Assembly: GCA_963849325.1 (NCBI GenBank)
Contig: CAWKHF010000001.1
Coordinates: forward strand, 352,001-416,000
Origin: an uncultured Planctomycetota bacterium
GTDB lineage: Bacteria > Planctomycetota > Planctomycetia > Gemmatales > Gemmataceae
Direction: 5' to 3'
DNA length: 64,000 bases
Shown: positions 1-9,879 of the stretch, piece by piece
Layout of the letters: each line of letters opens with the position of its first letter
Numbering within the stretch: the stretch's first letter is position 1
Made by a program: the position numbers and the translations under genes
The notes under the pieces: generated by a model
What the model saw: only the letters and a program-made list of their open reading frames with translations
The model's database searches: none
What the model was told of the DNA's origin: nothing

Positions 1-765
1 GTTCGCCGTGCTGGCCGGCCTGAGCGCGGCCGTACTTGTGCTGGTCCGCTTCGTACTGCCGCCGATGCGCGGCCATCTCGTTCGCGGCCGGCCGAGCGCC
101 AACGTCTGGGCCGTGTTCGTCCAGCCGACGCACCTGCGCGCTTACCTGCTGATGACGGCCCTGGTGATGAGCACGTTCATGATCGTGCCCTATCTCGCCT
201 CGTACCTGGTGTCCAACGCCGGGCGGAGCGAGCGCGAGCTGCCTTACGTGTATCTGTGCGGCGGTCTGTGTACGCTGGTGACGATGACCCTGTTCGGCAC
301 GCTGTCGGATCGCCTCGGCAAGCTGCCGGTCTTCCGCGCCTGGCCCTGTGTACGCTGGTGCCGATCTTGCTGGTGACCAACCTGCCGCCGGTGACGCTGA
401 CGGCGGCGCTGTTGGTCTCGACGCTGTTCATGGTCGCATCGTCGGGGCGCATGGTGCCGGCGATGGCGCTGATAACGGCCAGCGCCGCCCCTGGCAATCG
501 CGGTAGTTTCCTGAGCATCAACGCCTCGGTGCAGCAGGCGGCGTCCGGCCTGGCGGCGGCGCTGGGCGGTCTGCTACTGGGCCAGGGCGAGGACGGCACG
601 ATGACCGGCTTCCCCCTGGTGGGCGCCCTGGCGTGCGTGGCGACGCTGCTGAGCGTGTGGCTGGCCGGCCGTCTGCGCCCCGCCGCCGGCGGCGAGGAAG
701 CCACGGTCGCGCTGGACGACCCGGCGGAGATCGATTGCGGCATGGTCTGCGCGGCGGCGGAGTAA
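1..765 (+). CDS. MFS transporter, C-terminal part (5' truncated by window; frameshift near 345)
   Basis: ORFs 8..376 and 256..765 join into consecutive TM helices; MFS loop motif GTLSDRLGK; RGSFLSINASVQQ. Confidence 0.85.
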   Translation, partial: VRRAGRPERGRTCAGPLRTAADARPSRSRPAERQRLGRVRPADAPARLPADDGPGDEHVHDRALSRLVPGVQRRAERARAALRVSVRRSVYAGDDDPVRHAVGSPRQAAGLPRLALCTLVPILLVTNLPPVTLTAALLVSTLFMVASSGRMVPAMALITASAAPGNRGSFLSINASVQQAASGLAAALGGLLLGQGEDGTMTGFPLVGALACVATLLSVWLAGRLRPAAGGEEATVALDDPAEIDCGMVCAAAE

Positions 766-773
766 ACGATGGC

Positions 774-812
774 CGCTTGCGGCTTCGCGTCCGACGCGAA
801 GCCGCGAGCGGC
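774..812. repeat. Short palindrome (REP-like / bidirectional terminator) between convergent genes
   Basis: CCGCTTGCGGCTTCGCGT-CCG-ACGCGAAGCCGCGAGCGG. Confidence 0.6.
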
Positions 813-814
813 GT

Positions 815-1213
815 TCAGACATGGCGCGCTTCGAGCAGTCGGGCCACGGCGGCGGCGACGTCGAGAGCCACCTCGAACGGAGCATCGACCTCGCCGCCGG
901 TACTGATCATCTTCGTCGTGGTGAACACGTCCTCGATGTCGCCGGACAGGCCGCAGATGATGAGGTGGCCGCCGACGTGGAGCAGTTGGCGGCGCAGACT
1001 CAGCAGCGGCCAAAAGGCGACGCTGGACAAATAGCGCGCGTGCTGCAAATCGACGACGACCTCTTTGACCCCCGCCTGCTCCACGGCGTCGTGCATCTCC
1101 TCGCGCAGTGCCTGGGCGATCTCTTCGCCCTGGATGCGCGGCTGCGCGACGGTCAGCACCAGGACGCCCTGTTCGACGGAACAGTGCAGAAGCGGGCCGA
1201 ACGATTGGGGCAT
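815..1213 (-). CDS. STAS-domain anti-sigma factor antagonist
   Basis: VVVDLQHARYLSSVAFWPLL...GGHLIICGLS, STAS signature; start taken at MPQSF. Confidence 0.85.
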   Translation of the reverse strand: MPQSFGPLLHCSVEQGVLVLTVAQPRIQGEEIAQALREEMHDAVEQAGVKEVVVDLQHARYLSSVAFWPLLSLRRQLLHVGGHLIICGLSGDIEDVFTTTKMISTGGEVDAPFEVALDVAAAVARLLEARHV

Positions 1214-1341
1214 GGCACGCTCGCGGCTAGAGTGGGGAACGAGTCTCGGACCAAGTAAAAGGGTAACGAAGGCGCCGGCTAACGGCAAGGCGGCGTTCTC
1301 CTTTCTCCTCGTTGGCGTCCGAATTTTGTCCGCGAATTTTC

Positions 1342-1370
1342 TTGACGCTGCGTCTTCGCCCCGTTACATT
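1342..1370 (+). promoter_or_regulatory. Sigma70-type promoter upstream of the GDPD leader
   Basis: TTGACG (1342-1347), 17-nt spacer, TACATT (1365-1370). Confidence 0.6.
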
Positions 1371-1430
1371 CATTCGTGGGTCGGGAGACGGCACGCGCTT
1401 CCGGCCCGAAACGACCTTTTCTCTTCTGAT

Positions 1431-1470
1431 GCCTCGCGGAAGTCTGAGGACCTCCGCGAGGCGTTTTTTT
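1431..1470 (+). terminator. Intrinsic terminator in the 5' leader of the GDPD gene (candidate attenuator)
   Basis: Stem GCCTCGCGGA/TCCGCGAGGC followed by G and T7, ending about 25 nt before the ATG at 1496. Confidence 0.75.
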
Positions 1471-1495
1471 CGCCCACGGGGACGTGCCGACGCCG

Positions 1496-2431
1496 ATGTC
1501 CACGCGCTTCCACTTGCAGGGCCATCGCGGGGCCCGCGGTCTGAAACCGGAAAACACGCTGCCCTCCTTCGAGGCCGCCTTCGACGCCGGCGCCGGCAGT
1601 GTCGAGACCGACGTCCACCTGACGCGCGACGGCGTGGCCGTCCTCTTCCACGACGCCATGCTGGACAAGCTGCCCTGCCGTCTCCAGCCGGGAACGGAGA
1701 TGGCCGCCGAGCTGCTCCTCGTCAGCCGTCTGTCGCTGGCCGAGCTGCGCGGCTATCGCGCCGACGGCAACCCCGACCCGCGCCGCTTTCCCCGCCAGAC
1801 CGCCGAGGTCACGCCCCTGGCCGAACTGTTCGCCGGGCAACACGGACTCGATCCCTACGGCATTCCGACACTCGAGGAGCTGCTGCACTTCGCGGCGGCC
1901 TACGCTGGCGAACTCGGCGAACGCGCCGGCAAGTCGGAGCCGCAACGGCGGCGCGTCCGCGACGTGGGCTTTGACCTGGAACTCAAGCGCGTGCCCTTCC
2001 ACCCCGAGACCATCAACGATCGCTTCGACGCCACGGCGCCGGGCCTGCTGGAAGAGCGCGTCGTCGAGTCCATTCGTCGGGCGGGCGTGGTGGCGCGGAC
2101 GACGGTACGCAGCTTCGACCATCGCTGCGTCCGCTTGCTGCGGCGGATGGAGCCGGGCCTGACGGGTGCGGTGCTCGTCGCGGAAACGGCGCCGGTGGAA
2201 CCGGCCGAGTTGGTCGAGAGGGCCGAGGCCCAGGTGTACTGTCCGGGCTACCTGTTTCTGGATGCGCGGCAGGTGCGGCAGGTGCAGGCGGCCGGGGCGC
2301 GCGTGCTGCCGTGGACGGTGAACCAGCCGGAGCACTGGCAGCGCCTGCTCGACTGGGGCGTGGATGGCCTCACCACCGACGTACCCGATCAGTTGGCGAC
2401 CTTCCTGCGCGAGCGGGGCGTGGCGTTTTGA
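1496..2431 (+). CDS. Glycerophosphodiester phosphodiesterase (GDPD family)
   Basis: GHRGARGLKPENTLPSF, VETDVHLTRDG, WTVN, GVDGLTTDVP motifs. Confidence 0.92.
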   Translation: MSTRFHLQGHRGARGLKPENTLPSFEAAFDAGAGSVETDVHLTRDGVAVLFHDAMLDKLPCRLQPGTEMAAELLLVSRLSLAELRGYRADGNPDPRRFPRQTAEVTPLAELFAGQHGLDPYGIPTLEELLHFAAAYAGELGERAGKSEPQRRRVRDVGFDLELKRVPFHPETINDRFDATAPGLLEERVVESIRRAGVVARTTVRSFDHRCVRLLRRMEPGLTGAVLVAETAPVEPAELVERAEAQVYCPGYLFLDARQVRQVQAAGARVLPWTVNQPEHWQRLLDWGVDGLTTDVPDQLATFLRERGVAF

Positions 2432-2512
2432 ACGAGATTTCACGGCGGCGCAACGAAACGGGGCGAATCCGTGGATTCGCCCCGCACGCTTCATTGCGAA
2501 TACCGTCAAAAC

Positions 2513-3191
2513 TTACGCGCTGAGCGACGCCGACCGCCGGCTCGTTCAGGGGCACGGACGTCGTCTCGCCGGCCTTGACGGCGACGACCTTCTCGACGCG
2601 GACGGGCTTGCCGTCGCGGACGAGTTCGGCCTTCAGGGTGTAGTGATACTCCTGGCCGGGGTTGAGGTCGGGGGAGACGAAGACGCGGCTGGCGCCGGTC
2701 GAGGTGGTCAGCTCATTGTCGATGAGCAGCTTGGCGTCGGCGGCCAACTCGACGACGATCGTCGCCGGGGCCGGGCCAAAGACGCCGGTCTTCTTCGGCG
2801 TCGGCGAGGTCTTCAGCTTCTCGCCGGCGCCCGGTTGCGGTTGCGTGCCCGGCATCATCATGCCGCCGCCGTAGCAGCCGCCGTAGCCGTGGCCCATGCC
2901 CATGCAGCCGCCGTAGCCGTAGCCCATGCAGCCGCCGTAGGCGTAGCCACCACCGTAGCAGCCACAGCTGTAGCCATAACCGTAGCAGCCGCCGTAGGCG
3001 TAGCCGCCGTAGCAGCCGCAGCAGCCGCCGCCGCCGCCTTTACGACCGCCCTTGCTCCGACCGCCGCCGCCCCCGCCGTAGCAGGCGCCCATGCAGCCGC
3101 CCTGGCAGCCGCCGCAACCGCCGCCGCGACGACCCGCTTCGGGGATGTCCACGCTGGTCGTCATCGCCATCATCAGGACCATACTGTACAT
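2513..3191 (-). CDS. Planctomycete TIGR03000-domain protein with Gly/Cys/Tyr low-complexity region
   Basis: MYSMVLMMAMTT N-terminus after GGAGG RBS; GCYGG repeats; C-terminal PATIVVELAADAKLLID...RVFVSPDL...YHYTLKAE; true stop probably near 2513 (indel), the ORF track reads on to 2370. Confidence 0.8.
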
Positions 3192-3447
3192 CGAACTCAC
3201 CTCCCTAAATGGGGAACCATACAGCCCGCCTGCGCGGAGAGCCCCCTCCACGCCTCGAACTGTCCGTCTGAGGCACTCCAGAACAACGATGGTCGTGGGT
3301 AAAATGGAGAACAAGAACGGCGGCACCGCTCCCCTTTGGGTCCAACGGCAGCCATCAGTGCATCCAAGCGCGTAACCCCCTCCCTTCCCCGAGGCCCGAC
3401 AGGGTGAACCGTCGCGATGCCCCGGACGACTGTAACGATCGTGATGA

Positions 3448-3476
3448 ATAGTAAAGCTGGAGCAATAAAGTGTCAA
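3448..3476 (-). promoter_or_regulatory. Near-consensus sigma70 promoter for the TIGR03000 gene
   Basis: Minus strand TTGACA (3476-3471), 17 nt, TACTAT (3453-3448). Confidence 0.7.
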
Positions 3477-3557
3477 TGGCAATTTGGGAGGTTTGAGAAG
3501 ATTTGATAACATGGAAGGAATGATTCTTGCTCCAGCGAAACCGAAGCAAGTCTCATT

Positions 3558-3630
3558 CCGAGCCTGAAGCGTAAGCGAAGAGGACGACAACCTTCGGTTG
3601 TCGTCCTCTTCGCTTACGCTTCAGGCTCGG
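3558..3630. repeat. Palindromic repeat family A (CCGAGCCTGAAGCGTAAGCGAAG arm)
   Basis: Perfect 35-bp inverted arms; other copies at 5213, 16411, 24711 and (interrupted) 32651. Confidence 0.9.
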
Positions 3631-3888
3631 TCTCGGTCAAAAATCGGACGCGGCGCGAACCAGACCACAGAGCAGTCAAGATGGGGAGATCCGCACCGGG
3701 CGCAAGGATCGCTGAAACAGGCGTTCCCCCTAAGTTGAGGCTCGTTTCTACCCCTCCGCGTGGGATTTTTTGGTCATCCTCCGTAGCTTGCCGGACCTGA
3801 TCGGGTATCCTGAAAGAGAGAACGCAAATCCACGTCGGACACCCCGCGAGACGGGGCCGCGACCGCATCAGGAGAGAGGAGCTTGGCG

Positions 3889-5202
3889 ATGGCACGCGAT
3901 CCGCAATCCCTTGTCGCGTCGGTGAGGTCCGCCCTGCGGACATTCCGCCGGCCGTGGCCGACGCTGCTGGCTGGCCTGGCCTGCACCGTGGCGGGCCTGC
4001 TGTTATCGCAGACGCCCTATGTGCCCCTTCGGCTGTTGTTGTTGGGGGCCGGATTGCTCATCGCCGCCGCCGCCGTCGCGCGGCGTCTGCAAACGGCCGA
4101 GTGGGAGCTGGAGGACCGGGCCGAGTCGGCCGGCCTGCTGGCGATGTCCGCTTTCGTGGCCCTGCTCGCCTTTCTGGGCACCGACGAACGCTGGGACTCC
4201 GGCCGCATCTTCCTGGGCGTGCTCATCGCCGTGGCCCTGCTCGGCTCGTTCCTGGTACTGCTGCCGCGCACCGGCCGACGCATCGCCGCCAGCATCCTGG
4301 TCCTGCTGCACTTCGGCGGCATCGTCACGTCGATCACCGCCGTGCCGCCGCGCAATGACCCGGCCCCGTGGCTGTCGATGCAGATCTGGACCCACTTTTA
4401 TCGGCACTACCTGACCTTCGCCTACTTGACCAACGCCTACCACTTTTATTCGCCCGATCCCGGCCCGCCGACGCTGCTGTGGTTCTACGTCAAGTATGAA
4501 GATGGCCAATATCGCTGGATCAAGATGCCCAACCGCGCCGAAAGCCCGGTCGCCCTGCACCACTTTCGTATGTTGGCCGCGGCCGAGAACACCCTCAGCC
4601 CCGCCGGCGTGCCGTTGATTGAGGGCCAAATCCCCGAGTACGAGGCGAAGTTCAACCACAAGTACGAGCTGCTGCCCGGCATCCCGCACGATCCCTGGGA
4701 AACAATCTTGATGCGCCGCAAGCTGGGCGTGACGCTGCCGTATTCGCAGCCGATTCAGCTGGTGCGCGACGATCCCGAGATCAACCAGTACGCCGAGCCG
4801 CAGGAGACTGCTCGCCGTCTGCTGGCCTCCTACGCCCGGCACATCGCCCGCACCTCGCCGCACCCGGAGCACCCCGAGGTCCCGGTCCAGTACGTGCGCG
4901 TCTACCGCGTCATTCACATCCTGATCTCACCGCGCGAGTTCAACGAGGGCAAAAATCCGACCGACGAGACCACCTACGCTCCGTTTTACATGGGCAAGTA
5001 CGACCGCGACGGTCAGCTGCTCGATCCCAAGGACCCGTTCCTGTTCTGGTATCTGCCGATCCTCAAGGTGTCGGAACGCTATCCCCAGGACGACACCGGG
5101 TTGTTCATGCACGTTACACCGCCGGGTCCGTTGAAGCTGATCGACTTCGTGAAGATCCACGCCAACGAAAGCGACGCGGTCCAGGAAGAAAAAGGTTCCT
5201 GA
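3889..5202 (+). CDS. Membrane protein, SdpA/DUF5819-like partner of the HTTM protein
   Basis: About five N-terminal TM helices, then YLTNAYHFYSPDP, resembling the W-x-F-A-P-x-P motif of HTTM partner proteins; directly upstream of the HTTM gene. Confidence 0.55.
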   Translation: MARDPQSLVASVRSALRTFRRPWPTLLAGLACTVAGLLLSQTPYVPLRLLLLGAGLLIAAAAVARRLQTAEWELEDRAESAGLLAMSAFVALLAFLGTDERWDSGRIFLGVLIAVALLGSFLVLLPRTGRRIAASILVLLHFGGIVTSITAVPPRNDPAPWLSMQIWTHFYRHYLTFAYLTNAYHFYSPDPGPPTLLWFYVKYEDGQYRWIKMPNRAESPVALHHFRMLAAAENTLSPAGVPLIEGQIPEYEAKFNHKYELLPGIPHDPWETILMRRKLGVTLPYSQPIQLVRDDPEINQYAEPQETARRLLASYARHIARTSPHPEHPEVPVQYVRVYRVIHILISPREFNEGKNPTDETTYAPFYMGKYDRDGQLLDPKDPFLFWYLPILKVSERYPQDDTGLFMHVTPPGPLKLIDFVKIHANESDAVQEEKGS

Positions 5203-5212
5203 GAACTTCTGT

Positions 5213-5263
5213 CCGAGCCTGAAGCGTTAGCGAAGAGCATCTATTCGCTTACGCTTCAGGCTC
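5213..5263. repeat. Palindromic repeat family A
   Basis: CCGAGCCTGAAGCGTTAGCGAA...TTCGCTTACGCTTCAGGCTC. Confidence 0.85.
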
Positions 5264-5284
5264 CGAAAGACGGGGAATGTCGTC

Positions 5285-6460
5285 ATGAAATCGACGAGTA
5301 CACACGACGCGCCGACGGATGCGGGAGAGGCGGGCGAATCGCCGCTGCGGTTCGCCGTGCGGGCCTGGGACCGCTTCTGGTTCCACCCCACCGACCCGAC
5401 CAGCCTGGGGCTGATACGCATCAGCACCGGCATTCTCATCCTGTACATCCACTTCGTCTACAGCCTCGGACTGCTCAACTACGTCGGCCCGAACGCCTGG
5501 GTCTCCAACAAGGGCGTGATCCACTTCTTGCGCTACGAGAACCCCATTCAGGCTCCCGCCACCAACTGGAAGGACTCCGGCTGGAGCGAGTCCGACGGCG
5601 AGATCCTCAAAGGACAGATGTTGTGGTCGATCTACTACCACGTCGAGGATCCGACCTGGGTGTGGGTGATCCACTGCTCGATCCTGTTCGTCATGCTGCT
5701 GTTCACGCTCGGCCTGTGGACGCGCGTTACCAGTGTGCTGACGTGGATCGGGGCGCTCATGTACATCCAGCGCGTGCCGAGCTTGCTGTTCGGCATGGAT
5801 ACGATGAGCAATCTGGCGCTGCTGTACCTGATGATCGCTCCGTGCGGCGCGGCGCTGTCGCTGGACCGCTGGCTGAAGGAGCGCCGCGAACGTCAGCGTC
5901 TCGGGGCGGCGTACGTGCCGCGGCCGCCGGAGCCGATGGTGTCGGCCAACTTCGCCACGCGGCTGATCCAGATCAACTTCTGTCTCATCTACTTCGCGGC
6001 CGGCACTTCCAAGCTGCTGGGCGCGTCGTGGTGGAACGGCACCGCTCCCAACCGCTTCCTGCTCAACTACTCGTTCGCGCCGTTCGAGGTCGGCATGTAC
6101 TCCCAGATGCTCGTATTCATGGCCAAGCACCGCATGCTGTGGGAACTGTTCGGCGCCGTCGGCGTGATCTTCACGCTCTTCATGGAGTTGGGCTTGCCTT
6201 TCCTGATCTGGAACCGCCACATGCGTTGGGTCATGGTGGCCGGCTCGGTCCTGTTCCACACCATGATCGCCCTGCTCATGGGACTGGTGATGTTCAGCCT
6301 CGTCATGTTGTGCCTGGTGCTGGCGTTCGTGCCGCCGGAGGCGGTGCGGCAGGGATTGCAGGCGACCGGCGAACAGATTCGTGCCCTGCTCTCCTCGCGC
6401 ACGGGGAGGAGTGAGGCAAGCAGGGGCGCCGGCCCCCTGATGCGTCCCTCCGAGGGTTAA
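5285..6460 (+). CDS. HTTM domain-containing membrane protein (SdpB / vitamin K-dependent carboxylase-like)
   Basis: AWDRFWF..DPTSLGLIRI, GLWTRVT, ALSLDRW, RLIQINFCLIYFAAGTSKL..SWWNG, ELGLPFLIW, FH motifs. Confidence 0.88.
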   Translation: MKSTSTHDAPTDAGEAGESPLRFAVRAWDRFWFHPTDPTSLGLIRISTGILILYIHFVYSLGLLNYVGPNAWVSNKGVIHFLRYENPIQAPATNWKDSGWSESDGEILKGQMLWSIYYHVEDPTWVWVIHCSILFVMLLFTLGLWTRVTSVLTWIGALMYIQRVPSLLFGMDTMSNLALLYLMIAPCGAALSLDRWLKERRERQRLGAAYVPRPPEPMVSANFATRLIQINFCLIYFAAGTSKLLGASWWNGTAPNRFLLNYSFAPFEVGMYSQMLVFMAKHRMLWELFGAVGVIFTLFMELGLPFLIWNRHMRWVMVAGSVLFHTMIALLMGLVMFSLVMLCLVLAFVPPEAVRQGLQATGEQIRALLSSRTGRSEASRGAGPLMRPSEG

Positions 6461-6649
6461 CGCCCCCGCTGGCCGGTTTTCTCTCGTCCCTCTCTTTTGC
6501 CTCAAGCGTCTGGGCAGGTGGGACGATAGAGGAAGAATGGCGGATACCCGGCCGTGCCGGACGGGTGCCGCGCTGGGCATAGACACATTGAAGTGGCGAC
6601 GAGAATCGGGTATGAGGCGCGCGAATCTTACGTTCCGGTGAAGACAATC

Positions 6650-8116
6650 ATGGGCCGAATCATCCCCCGAGGCGCCGAGCCGCGAACGGGCCGCACCCAG
6701 GCGGTCGGGCACGTCCTGTTGACGTGCGCTCTGTTCGCCGCCGCGCCCGCCGGATTGTTCGCCCAGGGGACCGACGCCGTCCGCACCTACTGGGTGCCGA
6801 CGCGCAGCTTCAACATTCCCTTCAGCACCGGCACCGACCCGCGCCTCGTGGACATGCTGCTGCACGTCTCCACCGACAACGGACAGACCTATCGCCATGC
6901 CGCCTCGGCGCGGCCAAGCGATCGGCGCTTTTTCTTCCAGGCCCAAGGCGACGGCTGGCACTTCTTCATCGTGCAGACGCGCGACCGCGACAACGTGCTG
7001 GCGCCGTCCGACCTGCGCGGCGCGGCGCCGAGCATTCGCGTCTGCGTCGATACCCAGAAGCCCGTCATCAACCTGCGCCAGATCCCGTCCCAGGACGGTT
7101 ATCCCATCGCCATCGAGTGGTCGATCCAGGACGCCAACTTTGACGACCTGTATGCCGAGTATCGCTCGGTCAACGGCGGCGATTGGTATCCGCTGTTTCT
7201 GCCGCGAACCGCCAGCGGCAAGCACGAATGGACGCCCGCGGTCTCCGGCGATCTCGAGGTGCGCCTCCAGGCGATCGATCGGGCCAAGAACAAGGCCGCG
7301 CCGCTGACCGTGACGATCAAGCCCGATCCGCGCAAGGCCGCCCTGTCGCCGGTCAGCCAGGCCAGCCCCGGCGACGTCAAGCACGTCAAGAACAAGACCT
7401 TCCAGCTCGACTATCAGCTCGACGAGGGCACGATTGGCCCTTCGGACGTCAAGGGCGTGGAGATCTGGAAGATGCATCCGGGCGGCCCGTGGCAGAAGTG
7501 CCGCGAGACGGGTTCGCCGAAGGGGCCGGCTACCGTGACGGTGGACACCTCGGGGCGCTGGGGCTTCCGGCTGATCCCACGCAGCGGCGTCGGCCTGGCC
7601 GAGCCGGACCCGCGGCCCGGCGAGGCGCCGGACCTGTGGGTCGAGGTGGACGACCGAGCGCCGCAGGTCAAAATCACCAACGTCGTCGTCAGTCCCGGCG
7701 CCGACAGCGGCCGGATGACCGTGACCTGGACCGCCAGCGATCCGTTCCTGGCCCGGCAGGCGATCACCATTTCCTACAGCCCTCTCGAACACGAGGACTG
7801 GAAGGTCCTCGAGAAGTGCGACAACTCCGGCAGCTTCTCGTGCGAGCCGCAGAAAATCGGCCTGCCGTACCAGTTCTTCATCAAGGTCGAGGCGGCGGAC
7901 GAGGCCGGCAACGTCGGCGCGGACCGCTGGCGCGAGCCGATCAAGGTGGATCTCAAGGTGCCGCGCATCAAGCGCATTGAGGTCAAGCCCGGCGAGGCTC
8001 GTGAGCCATCGTCCGCCGCGCCGCAAACGCAGCGGCCCTACTCGCCGTTGGCTGCGCCTCCGACCAAGCCCGCAGGCGCCTTGGGCGGCTTGCCGCCGGA
8101 TGATTGGAGACGGTGA
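6650..8116 (+). CDS. Secreted planctomycete protein with tandem Ig-like beta domains
   Basis: Signal-like segment, FNIPF, LHVSTDNGQTY, VDTQKP, VEVDDRAP, VEAADEAGNVG; Pro-rich tail. Confidence 0.7.
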   Translation: MGRIIPRGAEPRTGRTQAVGHVLLTCALFAAAPAGLFAQGTDAVRTYWVPTRSFNIPFSTGTDPRLVDMLLHVSTDNGQTYRHAASARPSDRRFFFQAQGDGWHFFIVQTRDRDNVLAPSDLRGAAPSIRVCVDTQKPVINLRQIPSQDGYPIAIEWSIQDANFDDLYAEYRSVNGGDWYPLFLPRTASGKHEWTPAVSGDLEVRLQAIDRAKNKAAPLTVTIKPDPRKAALSPVSQASPGDVKHVKNKTFQLDYQLDEGTIGPSDVKGVEIWKMHPGGPWQKCRETGSPKGPATVTVDTSGRWGFRLIPRSGVGLAEPDPRPGEAPDLWVEVDDRAPQVKITNVVVSPGADSGRMTVTWTASDPFLARQAITISYSPLEHEDWKVLEKCDNSGSFSCEPQKIGLPYQFFIKVEAADEAGNVGADRWREPIKVDLKVPRIKRIEVKPGEAREPSSAAPQTQRPYSPLAAPPTKPAGALGGLPPDDWRR

Positions 8117-8236
8117 GCGGCCGCGCCCTTTGTCCCCATTTCGCCGCCGCGGCGCGGTTCCACCTTGATTCGCCGGCGCGGGATGGTAGCCTGGAGACTA
8201 CTGGGAATCCCCTGTCTCCGTGGGACGGCGATCATC

Positions 8237-8614
8237 ATGACGGACGAATCGAAACAGAACCAATGCTTCCACATCGAACGGCACGGCGACATCGCCATCA
8301 TCACGCCGTCGCCGGAAGTGGAGAAGATGGCGGAGAACCTCATGGAGCAGGCGGCCCTGATGGTGCTGGCGCCGCTGCGTTCCGATCCGCCGGCCGGACT
8401 CATCTTCGACCTCAGCCGCGTCGATTACGTCGGCTCGGTGTTTCTGTCGTTCCTGCTGCGCTGCCACAAGCGCGTCAAGGAGCACGGCAGCGAGGTCGTG
8501 GTCGCCGGCGCTTCGCACCGCGCCCGCGAGCTGTTGCACATGACCGCGCTGGATACGCTGTGGGCGCTGTACGACACCCGCGCCGAAGCCCTGGCCGCCC
8601 TGACCGGAGATTGA
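8237..8614 (+). CDS. STAS-domain anti-sigma factor antagonist
   Basis: LIFDLSRVDYVGSVFLSFLLRCHKRV...LLHMTALD. Confidence 0.85.
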   Translation: MTDESKQNQCFHIERHGDIAIITPSPEVEKMAENLMEQAALMVLAPLRSDPPAGLIFDLSRVDYVGSVFLSFLLRCHKRVKEHGSEVVVAGASHRARELLHMTALDTLWALYDTRAEALAALTGD

Positions 8615-8622
8615 CTCCCTTC

Positions 8623-8681
8623 GTTTCGCCGCGACGCGCAGTGGAGCGCGCGACAGTCTCCGCTGCGCGTCACGGCGAAAC
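8623..8681. repeat. Palindromic repeat family C (degenerate)
   Basis: GTTTCGCCGCGACGCGCAG...CTGCGCGTCACGGCGAAAC. Confidence 0.75.
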
Positions 8682-8709
8682 AGCCCTCGCCGAACAGAGT
8701 TAGAAGCTA

Positions 8710-9762
8710 ATGCAGAAACCCCCTCTCGGCCCCGGCCGACCTTCCTTCCACGGCGCCTTTCAGCACATTCACGACGACGCGGCCACGGACGATCGGCAGC
8801 AGATCGGCATCGAACAGTTGGCCCAGCAGATCCGCGAGACGGCCGACAAGCTCATCCGCGACGGCGCCATGCGCGGCGACGTCAAACTGCTGAGCACGGC
8901 GCTGAAGGAGCTGCGCTACGCCCTGAAAATCTTCACGCCCTATCGACATCTGCGCAAGGTGACGGTGTTCGGCTCGGCGCGTCTGCCGTCGAGCAACCCG
9001 GCTTACCTGCAAGCGGTGGAGTTCAGTCAGCGCATGGCCGAGGCCGCCTGGATGGTCATCACCGGCGCGGCCAGCGGCATCATGGAGGCCGGACACGTCG
9101 GCGCCGGCCGCGAAAAGAGCATCGGCGTCAACATCCTGCTGCCCTTCGAGCAGGAGGCCAACCCCATCATTCGCGGCGACCTGAAGCTGATGCACCTGAA
9201 ATACTTCTTCACGCGCAAGCTGCTGTTCGTCAAGGAATCCGACGCCGTCGCTCTCTTCCCCGGCGGCTTCGGCACGCAGGACGAATGCTTCGAGGTGCTG
9301 ACGCTGGTGCAGACGGGCAAAAGCCATCTTTTTCCGATCGTCATGGTGGACGAAGCGGGCGGCGATTACTGGGCGCGCTGGCGCGAGTACATCACCGATG
9401 AGCTGCTGAGCCGCCAACTGATCTCGCCGGCCGACCTGTCGCTGTTCAAAGTCACCGATTCGGTGGACGAGGCGGTGGCGGAGGTGTTCCACTTCTATCG
9501 CGTCTATCACAGCATGCGCTACGTCCACGGCGACCTGGTGCTGCGCTTCCAGCACAAGCTATCCGACGCGCTGCTGGAACGACTGCGCGACGAGTTCGCG
9601 GACATCCTCGTGGCCGGCACCTTCGAGCAGACCGAGGCGCTGCCAGAGGAGGCCAACGACACGCACATCGCCCACCTGCCGCGCCTGCGTTTTCGCTTTG
9701 ATCGCCGCAGTCTGGGACGGCTGCGACAGATGATCGACGCCATCAATCAATCGGCTGATTAG
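8710..9762 (+). CDS. LOG family (TIGR00730-like Rossmann fold) protein
   Basis: [35 protein letters not shown]. Confidence 0.9.
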   Translation: MQKPPLGPGRPSFHGAFQHIHDDAATDDRQQIGIEQLAQQIRETADKLIRDGAMRGDVKLLSTALKELRYALKIFTPYRHLRKVTVFGSARLPSSNPAYLQAVEFSQRMAEAAWMVITGAASGIMEAGHVGAGREKSIGVNILLPFEQEANPIIRGDLKLMHLKYFFTRKLLFVKESDAVALFPGGFGTQDECFEVLTLVQTGKSHLFPIVMVDEAGGDYWARWREYITDELLSRQLISPADLSLFKVTDSVDEAVAEVFHFYRVYHSMRYVHGDLVLRFQHKLSDALLERLRDEFADILVAGTFEQTEALPEEANDTHIAHLPRLRFRFDRRSLGRLRQMIDAINQSAD

Positions 9763-9879
9763 CAGATTTGGATTGTCGTCCCATCCATTTTCTCCTTGCC
9801 GTTCTTGCCCGGGCGCGGGATCATCGAAGCGTGTCCGGGATGGATGACCCGGTTGACGGCTCGCGCGTCTGGATCTTCG

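Noticed and set aside
5249-8026. Long antisense and alternative-frame ORFs (925 aa here; also 24736..26814, 38723..40528, 50766..52250)
   Set aside because: These are shadow ORFs of GC-rich genes with Arg/Ala/Gly-rich composition and no motifs.
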